This document shows positions 1-10,872 of a DNA stretch of 64,000 nt, one piece after another. The translations under genes and the position numbers were made by a program. Within the stretch, counting starts at the first letter, position 1; every line of letters begins with the position of its first letter. The stretch covers positions 131,846 to 195,845 of the forward strand of contig QWOQ01000005.1 in the NCBI GenBank assembly GCA_003669585.1, in the 5' to 3' direction. Source of the stretch: Planctomycetota bacterium (GTDB taxonomy: Bacteria; Planctomycetota; Planctomycetia; Pirellulales; UBA1268). A model generated the notes under the pieces. The model was not told the DNA's origin, did no database searches, and worked only from the letters and a program-made list of their open reading frames with translations.

Positions 1-1155
1 GACATTGGGATCGACTCGATGGGTTGTGAGATTCCAAGCCCTCAAGGTAAAGCGAATGCCGATGTCCCGACTGACTTGTCCCACCCAGACTTCTTTGTCG
101 GAAAAGCGGAGAGGTGTCAGCCAGAGTCGAAGGTGCAATCGCTCGTTGATAGAACTTCGAATTCGCTGCAGCGCGACATCCTGACCGCGGCCAAAGAGAT
201 ACAGCGGACTGACCGGTGAGTAGCGGTATTCTTGACCGAGGAGAAACGAACGAAAAGTTTTCCAGCAGGTACCAAAAGTGATCGACTCGCATTCGTCCCA
301 TCGAGCAGCAAAAGCACTTAACAGGGTTTCGAAATTGCCGATGATCACCAAATTCACAGGATCCCCATGCCGCACATGGCTGACGCTTGCGTTTGTTGTG
401 GCCGCAGGCATATCGACCAGATGCGTAACCAACTGTTTGTGATCGCAGCAAATAATCGGAGAAACGGGAGAACCTTCAGGAGCGATGAGCCTCGAATAGT
501 CAGTCGACAGGCCGACAACAGGAATCAGAAATGTGATATTCACCGCCGGCGTACAAGGAGTCTGGGACAGTTCGCTGAGAAATGAACAGTCATCGTCTTT
601 CGATATGCCAAGAGTGGTATAGAGACACGCTCGCACAGTTTTATTTCCTGCATCAAGAGTTGTGTAGACAAATCCTTCAACGGTTTTCCCCGGTGGAATT
701 GGTCGCAGTGGAAATCCCAACGTATCGAAGCAGCGATCCATCCGGGTGTTCGCGCGAGATGCCGCAAACAACTTCAGCGGCAAGAAGATCAGCAGTGGCA
801 GAAAATAAAAGGCGGCAATGCCAAATGCTGAAAGCTGTTTGAGAACCGAGAAATGATTGAGACTCGATGCTTCAAGCGGCGTGTAATACTGCGGATCGAT
901 GTCTAATGCAAATAATCGCAGCGGCACGTTGTGGCGATTGGTAATTCTCAAAAATACTGGCTGTATGCTTCGCCGGGCCATAGGAACGCCAAAAACCTGC
1001 CGGCTTTCCTTTGCCGATAACACTGCAGCGGTGATTTCTGCCAGCGGCGTTGCCTTGGTCTGGCTGTCGCGCGCAAGAAAAGATCGCATCAAGGGCTGCG
1101 GTGCGTATCCGGTGGCGAAGATTCGTTCGAAAAATAGCCAGATGCGTAGAGTCAT
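1..1155 (-). CDS. LssY C-terminal domain-like protein (runs off left edge)
   Basis: Hand-translated open frame from ATG 1155 to the window edge: GDPVNLVIIG...YRYSPVSPLYLFGRGQDVALQ...RLHLRLW...VWVGQVSRDIGIRFT...TTHRVDPNV. Not in the ORF track because its stop lies outside the window. Confidence 0.75.
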   Translation of the reverse strand, partial: MTLRIWLFFERIFATGYAPQPLMRSFLARDSQTKATPLAEITAAVLSAKESRQVFGVPMARRSIQPVFLRITNRHNVPLRLFALDIDPQYYTPLEASSLNHFSVLKQLSAFGIAAFYFLPLLIFLPLKLFAASRANTRMDRCFDTLGFPLRPIPPGKTVEGFVYTTLDAGNKTVRACLYTTLGISKDDDCSFLSELSQTPCTPAVNITFLIPVVGLSTDYSRLIAPEGSPVSPIICCDHKQLVTHLVDMPAATTNASVSHVRHGDPVNLVIIGNFETLLSAFAARWDECESITFGTCWKTFRSFLLGQEYRYSPVSPLYLFGRGQDVALQRIRSSINERLHLRLWLTPLRFSDKEVWVGQVSRDIGIRFTLRAWNLTTHRVDPNV

Positions 1156-1208
1156 CGAAGATCTTTTTGCGGTGAGTTGCAAGGATTGCTTTCCAACGAA
1201 TATACGAC

Positions 1209-2450
1209 TCAAGCAACATCCATAATCGACGGCGAAGGGTTGTTGATGGCACGTACGATGTCTTGCAGGAAGCGTGCAGCAGGAGCTCCGTCGATCATGC
1301 GATGATCAAATGTCAGACTCAGCGTTATCTGATGGGTCGGGCAAATCTGCCCATCGTCCAGCACTGTCGGTTCGCGACGAATTGCACCGAGTCCTAGGAT
1401 GGATGCTTCGGGAGCATTGATTATTGGCGTGAAACCATCCACGCCAAAGGCGCCGAGATTCGTGATTGTGAATACGCCTCCCCGCATTTCGTCTCGAGTG
1501 AGTTTTCCTTGACGGGCACGTTCGACTGCATCGCGCGACTGCCTTGCAATTTCCATGATCGTATGCCCAACAATATTTCGTAACACCGGCACGAGAAGGC
1601 CATCAGACGTGTCAACTGCCATGCCGATATGAATTTCATGATCGGGTGGTAGGACGATTGCATCCTCCTCGAGACGACCGGCGAGCAAACGGTGCTTCGC
1701 GAGAGCGTTGCCGACGAGTTTCGTAATGAAATCTTGATAGCTCGGAACCAATGCCGCATCGCTTACGGATTTAAACTGCTCGCGAAGGTTGACAAGATTG
1801 TCAGCATTTGCCTTTGAAAACAGCGTTACGGGAATCATATTCTGACGACTCGCGACCATTCGTTGTGCGATCACCCGGCGGCGATTGGACAGAATCATTC
1901 GCTCTGCCTGAAAGTTCGGCTCCGACGAGTGTTGGGCCAGCGCCGCCTGCACGTCGCGTTGTCGCACTTGTCCTTTGGATCCGCTTCCAGCCAACTGCGT
2001 CCAGTCGAGGTTGTGGTCTCTGGCAACTCTTTTTGCTCGCGGGCTGGCAACCGTCGAGGGTCGCGGTTGGACTACAGTGCGGGCAGCTTCGTCTGTGACT
2101 TGCTCGCCAGACGCTGGCTTTTGATCGTTTGCAGAAATCTCTGGTGCGACAGTCGTCGCTTGTGGCAAAGGGGTCGTGGTCAACGCAGAATCGGAAATCG
2201 ATTCGCCTTCGGCTGCCAGGTATCCCAGGAGTTGTCCAACCGGCACAACGCTTCCTTCTTTTGGAGCATCGGGAGGAATCCGTAAAATTCCATCATCGAG
2301 CGATTCAATTTCTTGAAGCGCCTTCTCGCCCTCGAGTTCAAACAGTGCCTCTCCTCGTCGTACGAAATCACCGTCTCGCTTGAGCCAGCGAATAAAAATG
2401 CCTTCCTCCATCGACCAGCCGAGTCGAGGAACCGAAATTTCGTGTGCCAT
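1209..2450 (-). CDS. 2-oxoacid dehydrogenase E2, dihydrolipoamide acyltransferase
   Basis: Lipoyl domain (ELEGEKA), E3-binding ASPRAKRVA...GSGSKGQV, catalytic TFDHRMIDG. Confidence 0.92.
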   Translation of the reverse strand: MAHEISVPRLGWSMEEGIFIRWLKRDGDFVRRGEALFELEGEKALQEIESLDDGILRIPPDAPKEGSVVPVGQLLGYLAAEGESISDSALTTTPLPQATTVAPEISANDQKPASGEQVTDEAARTVVQPRPSTVASPRAKRVARDHNLDWTQLAGSGSKGQVRQRDVQAALAQHSSEPNFQAERMILSNRRRVIAQRMVASRQNMIPVTLFSKANADNLVNLREQFKSVSDAALVPSYQDFITKLVGNALAKHRLLAGRLEEDAIVLPPDHEIHIGMAVDTSDGLLVPVLRNIVGHTIMEIARQSRDAVERARQGKLTRDEMRGGVFTITNLGAFGVDGFTPIINAPEASILGLGAIRREPTVLDDGQICPTHQITLSLTFDHRMIDGAPAARFLQDIVRAINNPSPSIMDVA

Positions 2451-2459
2451 GATTTCTGA

Positions 2460-4445
2460 CTACTCCTTGACGAGTGAACGAATCTCATCGGCAATTGCTG
2501 CTGCCGTCGGCACAACAGCCTGCTCGAGTGGTGGACTATACGGAGTCGGTGTAAAGACGCCTGTCAGTCGACGAATCGGAGCGTCGAGATCATCGAAACC
2601 AAAAGCGGCGACGTGTGCCGCGATTTCAGCAGCGAAGCCACAGGGTGCCGGTGGCTCATCAACGATCAGCAGGCGGCCCGTTTTGGCAACCGAGCGAAGA
2701 ATTGTTTCTGTATCGAGTGGCGAGACGGTGCGAGGATCGATGAGCTCGACAGATATGCCGTCGCGATCGAGTTGATCGCAGACCGATAGTGCCAGATGCA
2801 CCATTCGAGCAAGTGCCACAACGGTAATGCTCGTGCCGGATCGAACAATATTCGCTTGACCGAATTCAATTTCGTAGTCATCCGTCGGAACGTGGCACTT
2901 GGTTGTCAGAAGCTCACGGTGTTCAAGAAACATGACCGGATCATCACACCGCAGAGCGTAGGTAAAGAGTCCTTTGGCATCGAATGCGTTTGACGGCACA
3001 ACCACTCGCAGGCCCGGCACTTGGCCATACATTGCGTAATAACTGCCAGAGTGGTGGGTTGCGGCAGAATGGCCGATGCCGATGCATCCACGGAGCACGA
3101 TAGGCATTGTGAGACGACCGCTCGACATGTACTGAATTTTTGCAATCTGGTTTACGATTTCTCCAACCGAATCCAAAAGAAAGTCGGCAAACATAAAGTC
3201 GATCACCGGTCGACTGCCGGTCATGGCCGCCCCTCCGGCAAGTCCGACAAAACCTCGTTCGCAAATCGGCGTGTCGCACAGGCGGGTAGATCCATAAAGA
3301 TCATAAAGACCTTTGGTCGTCATGAAGTTTCCACCGCGCTCCCCAATGCCTTCGCCCATAACAAAAATGCCAGGATTGATAGCCATTTCATGTTGAAGTG
3401 CCTCGTGTGTCGCTTGCGTGAAGGTGATTATTCTCACGTCAGATGGCACGGAGGGAATTGTCGCAGCGCGTACTGAAATCGCTCGAGGTGCACTGTAGAT
3501 ATTTGCTGAAGCGAGCGATGCTTCGGGCAATGGACTTGCTTCGGCGAAGAGCCGCGACTGTGTCACAAGCGATTGAATCTCAGACTCGATGTGGATGATC
3601 CGGGCTTCGTCGATGCCAAAGTCGCTGAGCATCCGAGATCGCAGCGATAGAATCGGACAACGTTTTTTCCACTGTTCAACCTGATCGCGAGTTCTATAGG
3701 AGAAGTCCCCCATTCCTTCGGCATGCGCGCGAGTGCGGTATGTTTTGCATTCAATTAAGGTTGCGCCATCACCGCTGCGGGCTCGTGTCACCGCCTCGCG
3801 AGCGACTTCTGCGACGGCCAGTACGTCGTTTCCATCGACTTCAAACCCGGGCAGGCCGTAGTTACTTGCGCGACGACCTACTTCTGGAATGCCGCTGGAG
3901 TAGGTAAACGGCACCTCTGTGGCAAATTGATTGTTTTCGCAGATAAAAAGAACTGGGAGTTTCCAGATGCTCGCCATGTTGAGCCCTTCATGGAACGCGC
4001 CATTGTTGACAGCGCCATCACCGAAGAACGCTACAGAGACTCGCCCTGTTTTGAGAAGTTTTGAACTGTATCCGCCTCCGCATGCCTGAAGAATGCAGGG
4101 GCCGACGATGCCGCTGGTGCCCATCATGCCGATCTCGGGCGAAAATAGATGCATCGACCCACCTCGTCCACGCGAGCAGCCAGTCGCTCGGCCAAAGAGT
4201 TCAGCCATCAGTTCTTGCGGAGGCATTCCTTTTGCCAGAGCATGGCCGTGTCCGCGATGGGTACTGAAGATTGAATCGTCTCGATTCAGAAATGCACAGA
4301 CTCCTGTTGAGATTGCTTCCTGACCGACGTAGGTATGGCATGCTCCGAAAATGAGTCCTTGCTGATGGCAACGAGCCAATTCCTCTTCCGTAAGACGGAT
4401 GATGAGCATGGTGCGATAGAGGGCAAGCAGTTCGGATGCGTCCAT
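2460..4445 (-). CDS. 2-oxoacid/acetoin dehydrogenase E1, fused alpha+beta subunits
   Basis: HTYVGQEA, GRGGSMH, TPP-binding FFGDGA...N; beta part DTPICE, ELIDPRTVSPLD; start MDASELL chosen. Confidence 0.92.
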   Translation of the reverse strand: MDASELLALYRTMLIIRLTEEELARCHQQGLIFGACHTYVGQEAISTGVCAFLNRDDSIFSTHRGHGHALAKGMPPQELMAELFGRATGCSRGRGGSMHLFSPEIGMMGTSGIVGPCILQACGGGYSSKLLKTGRVSVAFFGDGAVNNGAFHEGLNMASIWKLPVLFICENNQFATEVPFTYSSGIPEVGRRASNYGLPGFEVDGNDVLAVAEVAREAVTRARSGDGATLIECKTYRTRAHAEGMGDFSYRTRDQVEQWKKRCPILSLRSRMLSDFGIDEARIIHIESEIQSLVTQSRLFAEASPLPEASLASANIYSAPRAISVRAATIPSVPSDVRIITFTQATHEALQHEMAINPGIFVMGEGIGERGGNFMTTKGLYDLYGSTRLCDTPICERGFVGLAGGAAMTGSRPVIDFMFADFLLDSVGEIVNQIAKIQYMSSGRLTMPIVLRGCIGIGHSAATHHSGSYYAMYGQVPGLRVVVPSNAFDAKGLFTYALRCDDPVMFLEHRELLTTKCHVPTDDYEIEFGQANIVRSGTSITVVALARMVHLALSVCDQLDRDGISVELIDPRTVSPLDTETILRSVAKTGRLLIVDEPPAPCGFAAEIAAHVAAFGFDDLDAPIRRLTGVFTPTPYSPPLEQAVVPTAAAIADEIRSLVKE

Positions 4446-4527
4446 AGAATATTCCGATTTGTAGAAATCAATCTGTGAAGGTGAAAAAACTGAAAACTTG
4501 TTTTGCCGGCATGAGGCTAAAGAAAAA

Positions 4528-5337
4528 CTATTGCAAGGGAGGGGATGCTGCATGCCGCATTGTCGCGCCAGCATTGGCTGCAAGATTGCCACCATCCATG
4601 GCAATGATGGCTCCGGTAATCCAGCTCGATGCATCTGACGCCAGCAGCACGACAAGCCCCTGAATGTCATTGGGCTGACCGAGTCGCCCGCGGGGAATAC
4701 CGCGCAACCACTGCTCCTCGAGTGACGGATCGGCCATCATGCGCTTGAGAAGACCGGGATTGACAACCTGTGCCGGCAAAATCGAGTTGACTCGCACACC
4801 GTGCCCCGACCATTCGGTGCTGAGTTCGCGAGTCATCTGCACAACTGCTCCCATCGCCATGCTGTAGGCAATGTGGCCGCGGCCAAGCGATGAAACACTG
4901 GCAAGTGACCCAATATTGAGAATGCTTCCTCGACCAGCGGAAAGCATTCGGCGTCCCGCTTCCTGACACATAATAAATCGACCAAACACAAGGTTGTCAA
5001 AAACCTGGTGCACTTTTTCAAGAGAAATGTCCTCGGGATTTCCGAGCAGACCTTCGCCGGCAAAATTCCCCAGAAAATCAATCCTTCCAAACTCCGTATC
5101 GAGTGTTGCAAACATCTTTCGAATGGCTTCAGGTTCAGAGACATTGCAGGAAACAGCAACGGCTCGCCTGCCAATGGCACAAATAGCATCGGCAGTTTCA
5201 CGAAGCCCTTCGGCATTGATGTCGCATATCAAGAGATCTGCACCATGCTCCGCTAAAGCCAGCGACGCAGCGCGCCCCATGCCGCTGGCCGCACCCGAGA
5301 CGAGTGCGACAGTGCCAGTAAGATCAAACAGAGACAT
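4528..5337 (-). CDS. SDR family oxidoreductase
   Basis: SGAASGMGRA Rossmann motif; YSMAM replaces canonical YxxxK; VRVNSILP. Confidence 0.88.
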   Translation of the reverse strand: MSLFDLTGTVALVSGAASGMGRAASLALAEHGADLLICDINAEGLRETADAICAIGRRAVAVSCNVSEPEAIRKMFATLDTEFGRIDFLGNFAGEGLLGNPEDISLEKVHQVFDNLVFGRFIMCQEAGRRMLSAGRGSILNIGSLASVSSLGRGHIAYSMAMGAVVQMTRELSTEWSGHGVRVNSILPAQVVNPGLLKRMMADPSLEEQWLRGIPRGRLGQPNDIQGLVVLLASDASSWITGAIIAMDGGNLAANAGATMRHAASPPLQ

Positions 5338-5369
5338 CAGAGAAATCCTCATCGCGAGTGACGGCCTGG

Positions 5370-6953
5370 CTATTGTGCCCACCAGTGCATCAGCGCTGGC
5401 CATTGTTTTTCGAAAAATACAAGGAGTGCGAGACCGAGATAAAAAATTGCACAGCATCCAACCCCGAGTGTTTGGTACCAGCGGGGACGAAGCTCTCGGG
5501 GCAAAAGCGTGTGGTTGATCCAGAGAAGCTGAATCGACGTGATGCCGATGGCGAGGTTGTTGAGGTTCGCGATGACGATGGTCATTAGTTTCGGAGTACC
5601 GTAAGTGCTAAAGAGGTAGGCGCAGACAAGGGACCAAAGCACATAGCTTGCGAGAATCCCATAGTAGATTTTTTTTACGTCGCGAGGACGAAAAGAATCA
5701 CGAACGCGTTGATGAGAAGTCCAGATGGCATCTGTCCATCGACGACTGAAGTCATCGATGATCGACATCTGGCTCGGTAGCATTACCGCGATACCGGCAA
5801 AAAGAGCAGTGATCCAGAGAAGTTTTGTGACTGCAGGAGCCAGACCCGGCGCCAATCGCATTCCGTCTGCAGTAATAATTGCCGCAGACCATGCAAGACC
5901 GCTTTCCTGAAGAGTGGAGTAGGGGGCGAATCTGATCGACATCAACGCCGGAAGCGCCATGCCCATAAAACAACCCGGCCCCCAAATATAGATCTGATCC
6001 GTCAGAATGTATCGCCACCAACCACGCCAGCGCCGGAGGTTGTCAGCGTTTATGGGAAAGACTGTGCCGACGTGGCTCAAAGTTACGTGAGTGCCGCCGA
6101 CGGCACTGCCAATGGCCCCAACGAGACTCCCCATTCCCCAGCCTTTGTCGCGTACAAAATTGCTGTAGGTTGAATTCGATAATCCACCGCCGCCAGCATA
6201 GCCAGCAAAGGCACCGAGCACAGCGATATGCGCCATGGACACTGTTGGCCATTGTCCATACTCGTAGTAATAGCCAAACGCGTTGACGAGCGTTTCACCA
6301 GATTGGCCATCGGAAACGGGAACATTTCCAAACTTTACAAATCCACTGAAGATCTGCCACCACTGATACGGCTCGACAAAACAAATTCCGATGAACAGAC
6401 AAAAGCCCAGTACGAACAATACTTTCGCGGCCATCACCGTCTGCAGCATGTTGTAGACTTTTCCTCCAACAAGAATCGGAAGTGCCACTGCCAGAAGGCA
6501 TGCATAGGCCAGGCCGATCACAAGCCACTTATCGTCAGCGGTTGGTGGTCGCCCTAACACCAGCGAAGCGATGATCGCCGCACCGTGAGTTGAGAGTCCT
6601 GGAATCAGGGCACTGCCATTGAGCAGCAACATGAACCCCATCCAAAGACCAGGCCCCGGTCGCATGCGCATGAAACCGGTAAAGACTGGCTCGCCGCAGT
6701 AGAGTGCGTAGCGGCCACACTCGAGGTTGTAAAAGACTTGCAGCACGATTGCGACCGTCGCAATCCACATGAGTCCACCGCCATATTTCGCAGTGATTTC
6801 TGGACCAAAAAGCCATTCGCCGCCGCCGATCTGAATTCCCATCATGACGATGCCTGGACCGATAAAACTTTTCCAGTTTTTCCATGAAAGGGGCTTCGGT
6901 TCAGGAAGGTCAGCGGTATTCCAGGTGGGAATGGGGGAGATTGGTGGAAGCAT
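5370..6953 (-). CDS. Nramp/APC-superfamily-like membrane transporter
   Basis: GPGIVMMGIQIGGGEW motif, many TM segments. Confidence 0.7.
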   Translation of the reverse strand: MLPPISPIPTWNTADLPEPKPLSWKNWKSFIGPGIVMMGIQIGGGEWLFGPEITAKYGGGLMWIATVAIVLQVFYNLECGRYALYCGEPVFTGFMRMRPGPGLWMGFMLLLNGSALIPGLSTHGAAIIASLVLGRPPTADDKWLVIGLAYACLLAVALPILVGGKVYNMLQTVMAAKVLFVLGFCLFIGICFVEPYQWWQIFSGFVKFGNVPVSDGQSGETLVNAFGYYYEYGQWPTVSMAHIAVLGAFAGYAGGGGLSNSTYSNFVRDKGWGMGSLVGAIGSAVGGTHVTLSHVGTVFPINADNLRRWRGWWRYILTDQIYIWGPGCFMGMALPALMSIRFAPYSTLQESGLAWSAAIITADGMRLAPGLAPAVTKLLWITALFAGIAVMLPSQMSIIDDFSRRWTDAIWTSHQRVRDSFRPRDVKKIYYGILASYVLWSLVCAYLFSTYGTPKLMTIVIANLNNLAIGITSIQLLWINHTLLPRELRPRWYQTLGVGCCAIFYLGLALLVFFEKQWPALMHWWAQ

Positions 6954-7016
6954 GATTGATTGATTCGTACGACGGATGATCCCTGAAGAGTCAGTGACGT
7001 GAGGCTTTCTACAAAG

Positions 7017-8762
7017 TCATTCCAAAACAATTGCTCTGCCGGGACCACCGTGGCAGTCGCGAACCTTGATAGCCGCAAAGAGAAAATATCCTGTCGGTGA
7101 AATGTTTCCGAAGTTCTGTAAGAACTCGACGCCGACCATCTCGCGGCTTCCAAGTGCCCAGTAGGTCATAAGAGCCCGTTTGGGATCGACACCGCCAAGA
7201 TCGGGAGCATCGGTAGCGATACAACGAATTCCTTTGCTCTTGAGATAGACAATGGCCTCAGGGCCCGGAGCTGGCCAGCCTTCGCTGGTGCCACGAAGAG
7301 GATCCAGCCAAACGCCCTTCTCGTTGGGCAGCGGTCTGTAATGTCTGTCGAGATGGCCTGTATAAAAAAGAACAATATCTGTGGGATTGAGAGGACCGTG
7401 CTCTTTTTCGTAGCCCTCGATATGAGTCCGAAGAATTTCTGGTGACGCCGGCCATGATGCTTGACGAGTGCTACCGACGAGCGAACGAACGTCAATGACT
7501 CTTGCCGGTCCGCAGGTCCATTGAAGCGGAACTTTTTCTGTGGTCATCGAACTTGTGCCGCGCGGCCCATAGTTTTTTTCGTATTCGATCAGCCATCCGC
7601 GTACCTCCGGGGAATGTATTGGAGGTGTTCCTTCAAGAGGAAGTGAATACGAAGGTGGAACCAGATGGCTTCCTGCCATCGAATCCATCAGATGCGCGTG
7701 GTGCCAAAGATCGAGATACTCCGAGTACAGAAAATCAATTTTGAGATAGACCTGCCGATGCTGTCCGGTTGCGATGCCTGGAGACGTGATCGGCATTTGT
7801 GTTCCAAGCGTTGGCGAGAGGTCGAGTGCCCGCTTGTTTTTGGCCGCATCGATGAGCCGCTTTGGTAATTCACCACCAACAATTGAGAACGCTCGTCCTT
7901 CGCCATAGGGAGCCCCTTGATGTTTTGGGCCGAGCATGCAGGTGAAGGCTCCCGTTGGCGGCAGGGCTTTATAATTTGTGGCACTTTCCGTCCAGATCAT
8001 GCCGTGTTTGAGACCCGCATAGTGCGTTGGTTCGGCGAGATCCGGTAGCGGCCCCATGCTCGCACTGTCGGTTCCAAGAGTCATCACACCGCGCGACGCT
8101 AGAAATTCCATGCAATCTGGATTTGGGTCTGGAAACCCCGGGGCTTTGCGATCGAGTGCATCGGCGATAAATCGACTTCCTTCAGGAAACGGTCTGTAAT
8201 AGAGATCCGAATAATCGCTCCGAAAAAGTACCACATCCCCTTGTCGCAAGCGTCGATTGCGCTTTTCAAACTCCATCACACGCTCTGGCGTCACCAGCGG
8301 GCTGACACCCTTGGGAGCCTTGTCGAGCAGATCGCACACATCGATTACGCAGGCCTCGCCCCCAAACTGCCACGGCTCGATCGTGTCGGTGTAAGCCAGC
8401 CCCAAAGGCCCCGACTTCTCTCGCATGAGTTCGGGACGAGCAACGGAGTGTGGTGGCACGTCGAGTTGCGTTCCGGTGTTTCCATCAATCAACAGTACGT
8501 CAACATTGTATGCAGAATCTGGACCAATCGTGCGTTGATGCGTGATCTGAAACCTTGGAAATGGAGCCGATGGCCAGGTGCATGGATACTCTGGAGCGAT
8601 GATTAACGAGTGGTCAACAAAAGTAGATTCACTCGATCCGATCACCGCTGAGGGCTGTGTCGTGGTCTCTAAGGCGCTGAGATGTTGGATCAGAAGGATG
8701 CCAATCATCACAGCCACACATGCCGAGTAGCATCGTAAAAAAAAAGAATCTCTTCTACTCAT
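7017..8762 (-). CDS. Cyclase/kynurenine-formamidase family protein with two tandem domains, N-terminal hydrophobic segment
   Basis: Two repeats GTQLDVPPH / GSHLVPPSY, ACVIDV / ARVIDV, C-terminal GGPGRAIV. Confidence 0.75.
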   Translation of the reverse strand: MSRRDSFFLRCYSACVAVMIGILLIQHLSALETTTQPSAVIGSSESTFVDHSLIIAPEYPCTWPSAPFPRFQITHQRTIGPDSAYNVDVLLIDGNTGTQLDVPPHSVARPELMREKSGPLGLAYTDTIEPWQFGGEACVIDVCDLLDKAPKGVSPLVTPERVMEFEKRNRRLRQGDVVLFRSDYSDLYYRPFPEGSRFIADALDRKAPGFPDPNPDCMEFLASRGVMTLGTDSASMGPLPDLAEPTHYAGLKHGMIWTESATNYKALPPTGAFTCMLGPKHQGAPYGEGRAFSIVGGELPKRLIDAAKNKRALDLSPTLGTQMPITSPGIATGQHRQVYLKIDFLYSEYLDLWHHAHLMDSMAGSHLVPPSYSLPLEGTPPIHSPEVRGWLIEYEKNYGPRGTSSMTTEKVPLQWTCGPARVIDVRSLVGSTRQASWPASPEILRTHIEGYEKEHGPLNPTDIVLFYTGHLDRHYRPLPNEKGVWLDPLRGTSEGWPAPGPEAIVYLKSKGIRCIATDAPDLGGVDPKRALMTYWALGSREMVGVEFLQNFGNISPTGYFLFAAIKVRDCHGGPGRAIVLE

Positions 8763-8792
8763 AGGTACGTTCCCCAAAAGGTCCAATAACAA

Positions 8793-9875
8793 TCATTGCG
8801 ACGCTTGCCCTTCAAAAGGAGAAGAGAGTCCGACGGTCTTGGCTGCATTTGATAATGTGGCAACGACATCTGCAGGGAGTGCGATTCCGTCGGTATGCGC
8901 TTGCCGATAGAGTTGCCATTCGCGTTCGCCAGGGAGGAGAACCCGCTCGATACCTTCTGCAGTTGCGGCAGCATGGATCTCATCAATCAGAGTTCCCAGA
9001 CGTTTATAAAACTGCTCGATTGGAACGATGGCTGCAATATCAATCGCGATGAACGAAGCGTTGTGGTGGCTTGGAACAGTGGCATCATCAAACATCCAGC
9101 TTCCAACCTGCCAGGTCGAATGCCCGCCGGGTAGAATGGCCGAAAGAATTTCGCACCACAGTCCGAAGGCATAGCCCTTGTGTCCTGCCATCGGCGCCAG
9201 CGATGCAGCCTGAGGATAGAGGCTGCCGTCAGAAGTGGGTTGGCCGTTATGATCGATCAACCAAGAGGGTGGAATCGGTTCTCCTCTTTGAATCGCGGCA
9301 TAGACCTTGCCTCCGGCAACTGCTGCGGTTGCCATGTCAAGCAGGATTGGATCACCGTTGCCAACGGGAATTCCATAGGCAATAGGATTGCTTCCAAGCA
9401 CTGCTCTTCGCGAGCCAGGGGCAGCGACACTCGGAATATCATTTCCGGTGACAAGTCCGATCAAGCCTTCGCGAGCGGCCAAGGCTGCGTAGTATCCTGC
9501 GGCGCCGATGTGACCAGTATGACGAAGAGCAACGTAAGCGATTCCAACGTGATGGGCTTTTTTTATGGCTGTCTGCATGGCAAAGACGCTGCCCACTTGT
9601 CCCAGTGCGTTTTGGCCGTCGATGAGTGCAAAACCGAGCCCCTCTCGTTCAATGCAAGGACGAGCTGTTGGCCGATAGCCGCCCGCTTTGAGTTTGTTGA
9701 GATAGCCGGCGAGCAATTTTGTGCCGTGTGTAAAAACCCCCATCGCATCAGTGGTGACGAGTGCATCAGAAGCGATTGCGGAATCCGAGGAATTCATTCC
9801 CACTCGCAGAAAGGCAGAGCAGCAAAACTCAGAAAGTTTTTGGGGTGAAATTCGGAAATGTTCGCAGGTGGTCAT
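8793..9875 (-). CDS. Ldh_2 family (malate/L-lactate/sulfolactate) oxidoreductase
   Basis: GVFTHG, HIGAAGYY, GSNPIA, LDMAT, GHKGYA, LPGERE. Confidence 0.9.
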   Translation of the reverse strand: MTTCEHFRISPQKLSEFCCSAFLRVGMNSSDSAIASDALVTTDAMGVFTHGTKLLAGYLNKLKAGGYRPTARPCIEREGLGFALIDGQNALGQVGSVFAMQTAIKKAHHVGIAYVALRHTGHIGAAGYYAALAAREGLIGLVTGNDIPSVAAPGSRRAVLGSNPIAYGIPVGNGDPILLDMATAAVAGGKVYAAIQRGEPIPPSWLIDHNGQPTSDGSLYPQAASLAPMAGHKGYAFGLWCEILSAILPGGHSTWQVGSWMFDDATVPSHHNASFIAIDIAAIVPIEQFYKRLGTLIDEIHAAATAEGIERVLLPGEREWQLYRQAHTDGIALPADVVATLSNAAKTVGLSSPFEGQASQ

Positions 9876-9881
9876 CGTAGA

Positions 9882-10808
9882 TTACGTCTCTCGCACGGTG
9901 TAGCCGAGAGATCGAAGACTCGCGGCGAGAGTTGCTCGATGCGATGCCTCGAGTGGAAGAATCGGCGGGCAGGGGTCACCCACAGGCGGCCCGATCATGT
10001 TGAGAGCTGCCTTCATCACGCCCAACCAGTGCGCACCGTCACCTTTGGAGTGATAGGCACTAAATTGAAGCCGCATCAGTGGCCCGAGTTGCTTCCAGAG
10101 AGTGCGAGCTTCGTGTAAATCACCGCGCACACGAACCGCTTCGTAGAATCGCTTTGCAACAGCAGGCACCATGCTAGGAATCCCGGAAATCCATCCGTGT
10201 GCGCCGTGGCAAAGTCCTTCGAAGGCGACCGTGTCGATGCCCGCGTAGACGAAAAGACGACCGTCTGTGGCTTGAAGCAGTTCGCAGATGCGATCGGGTT
10301 CTGGGTTTGACATCTTCACGCCGCCGATTGCTCCCTCAGAAAAAAGTGCAACAAGATGCTCGGTCTTCAGATCGATCCCCGTGAGTGGAATATTGTGGTA
10401 GAGAATGATCGGAATCGAAACCGCCTCGGCCACGCGGCGATAGTGATCCATCACCTGACTTGGCGTGGGGGCCATATAGTAGGGAGGCACGATCAAAAGC
10501 GCATCCGCGCCAGCCTTTTCGGCATGCCGTGACAGCTCAACGGTGAGCTTTGTGGAGATATGATGCGTTCCGGCTACCATCGGGACCCGGCCTGCATTTG
10601 CCTCCAGAGCAGCCTCGAGCACACGCTTTCGATCATCGACTTCAAGTGAAGAAAACTCTCCGGAACTTCCGAGCGGCGAAAGTGCGTCGGCCCCTTCGCG
10701 AATCAGCCAATCAATGTGTGCGGGCAACTGTTGAAATGCAACGCTTCCGTCAGAATGAAAGGGAGTAATGCTTGAAGCGCACACGCCGCGAAAAAGTGGT
10801 TTGGTCAT
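9882..10808 (-). CDS. DapA (DHDPS)-family aldolase/dehydratase
   Basis: LGSSGEF, PPYY, ILYHNIP, GVKMS Schiff-base lysine. Confidence 0.9.
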   Translation of the reverse strand: MTKPLFRGVCASSITPFHSDGSVAFQQLPAHIDWLIREGADALSPLGSSGEFSSLEVDDRKRVLEAALEANAGRVPMVAGTHHISTKLTVELSRHAEKAGADALLIVPPYYMAPTPSQVMDHYRRVAEAVSIPIILYHNIPLTGIDLKTEHLVALFSEGAIGGVKMSNPEPDRICELLQATDGRLFVYAGIDTVAFEGLCHGAHGWISGIPSMVPAVAKRFYEAVRVRGDLHEARTLWKQLGPLMRLQFSAYHSKGDGAHWLGVMKAALNMIGPPVGDPCPPILPLEASHRATLAASLRSLGYTVRET

Positions 10809-10872
10809 GCAAGGACTCCTGAAAATATCTCTCACTCGTGCGTCAATTCGTCGTCTGAAAACAGCCTTGTGT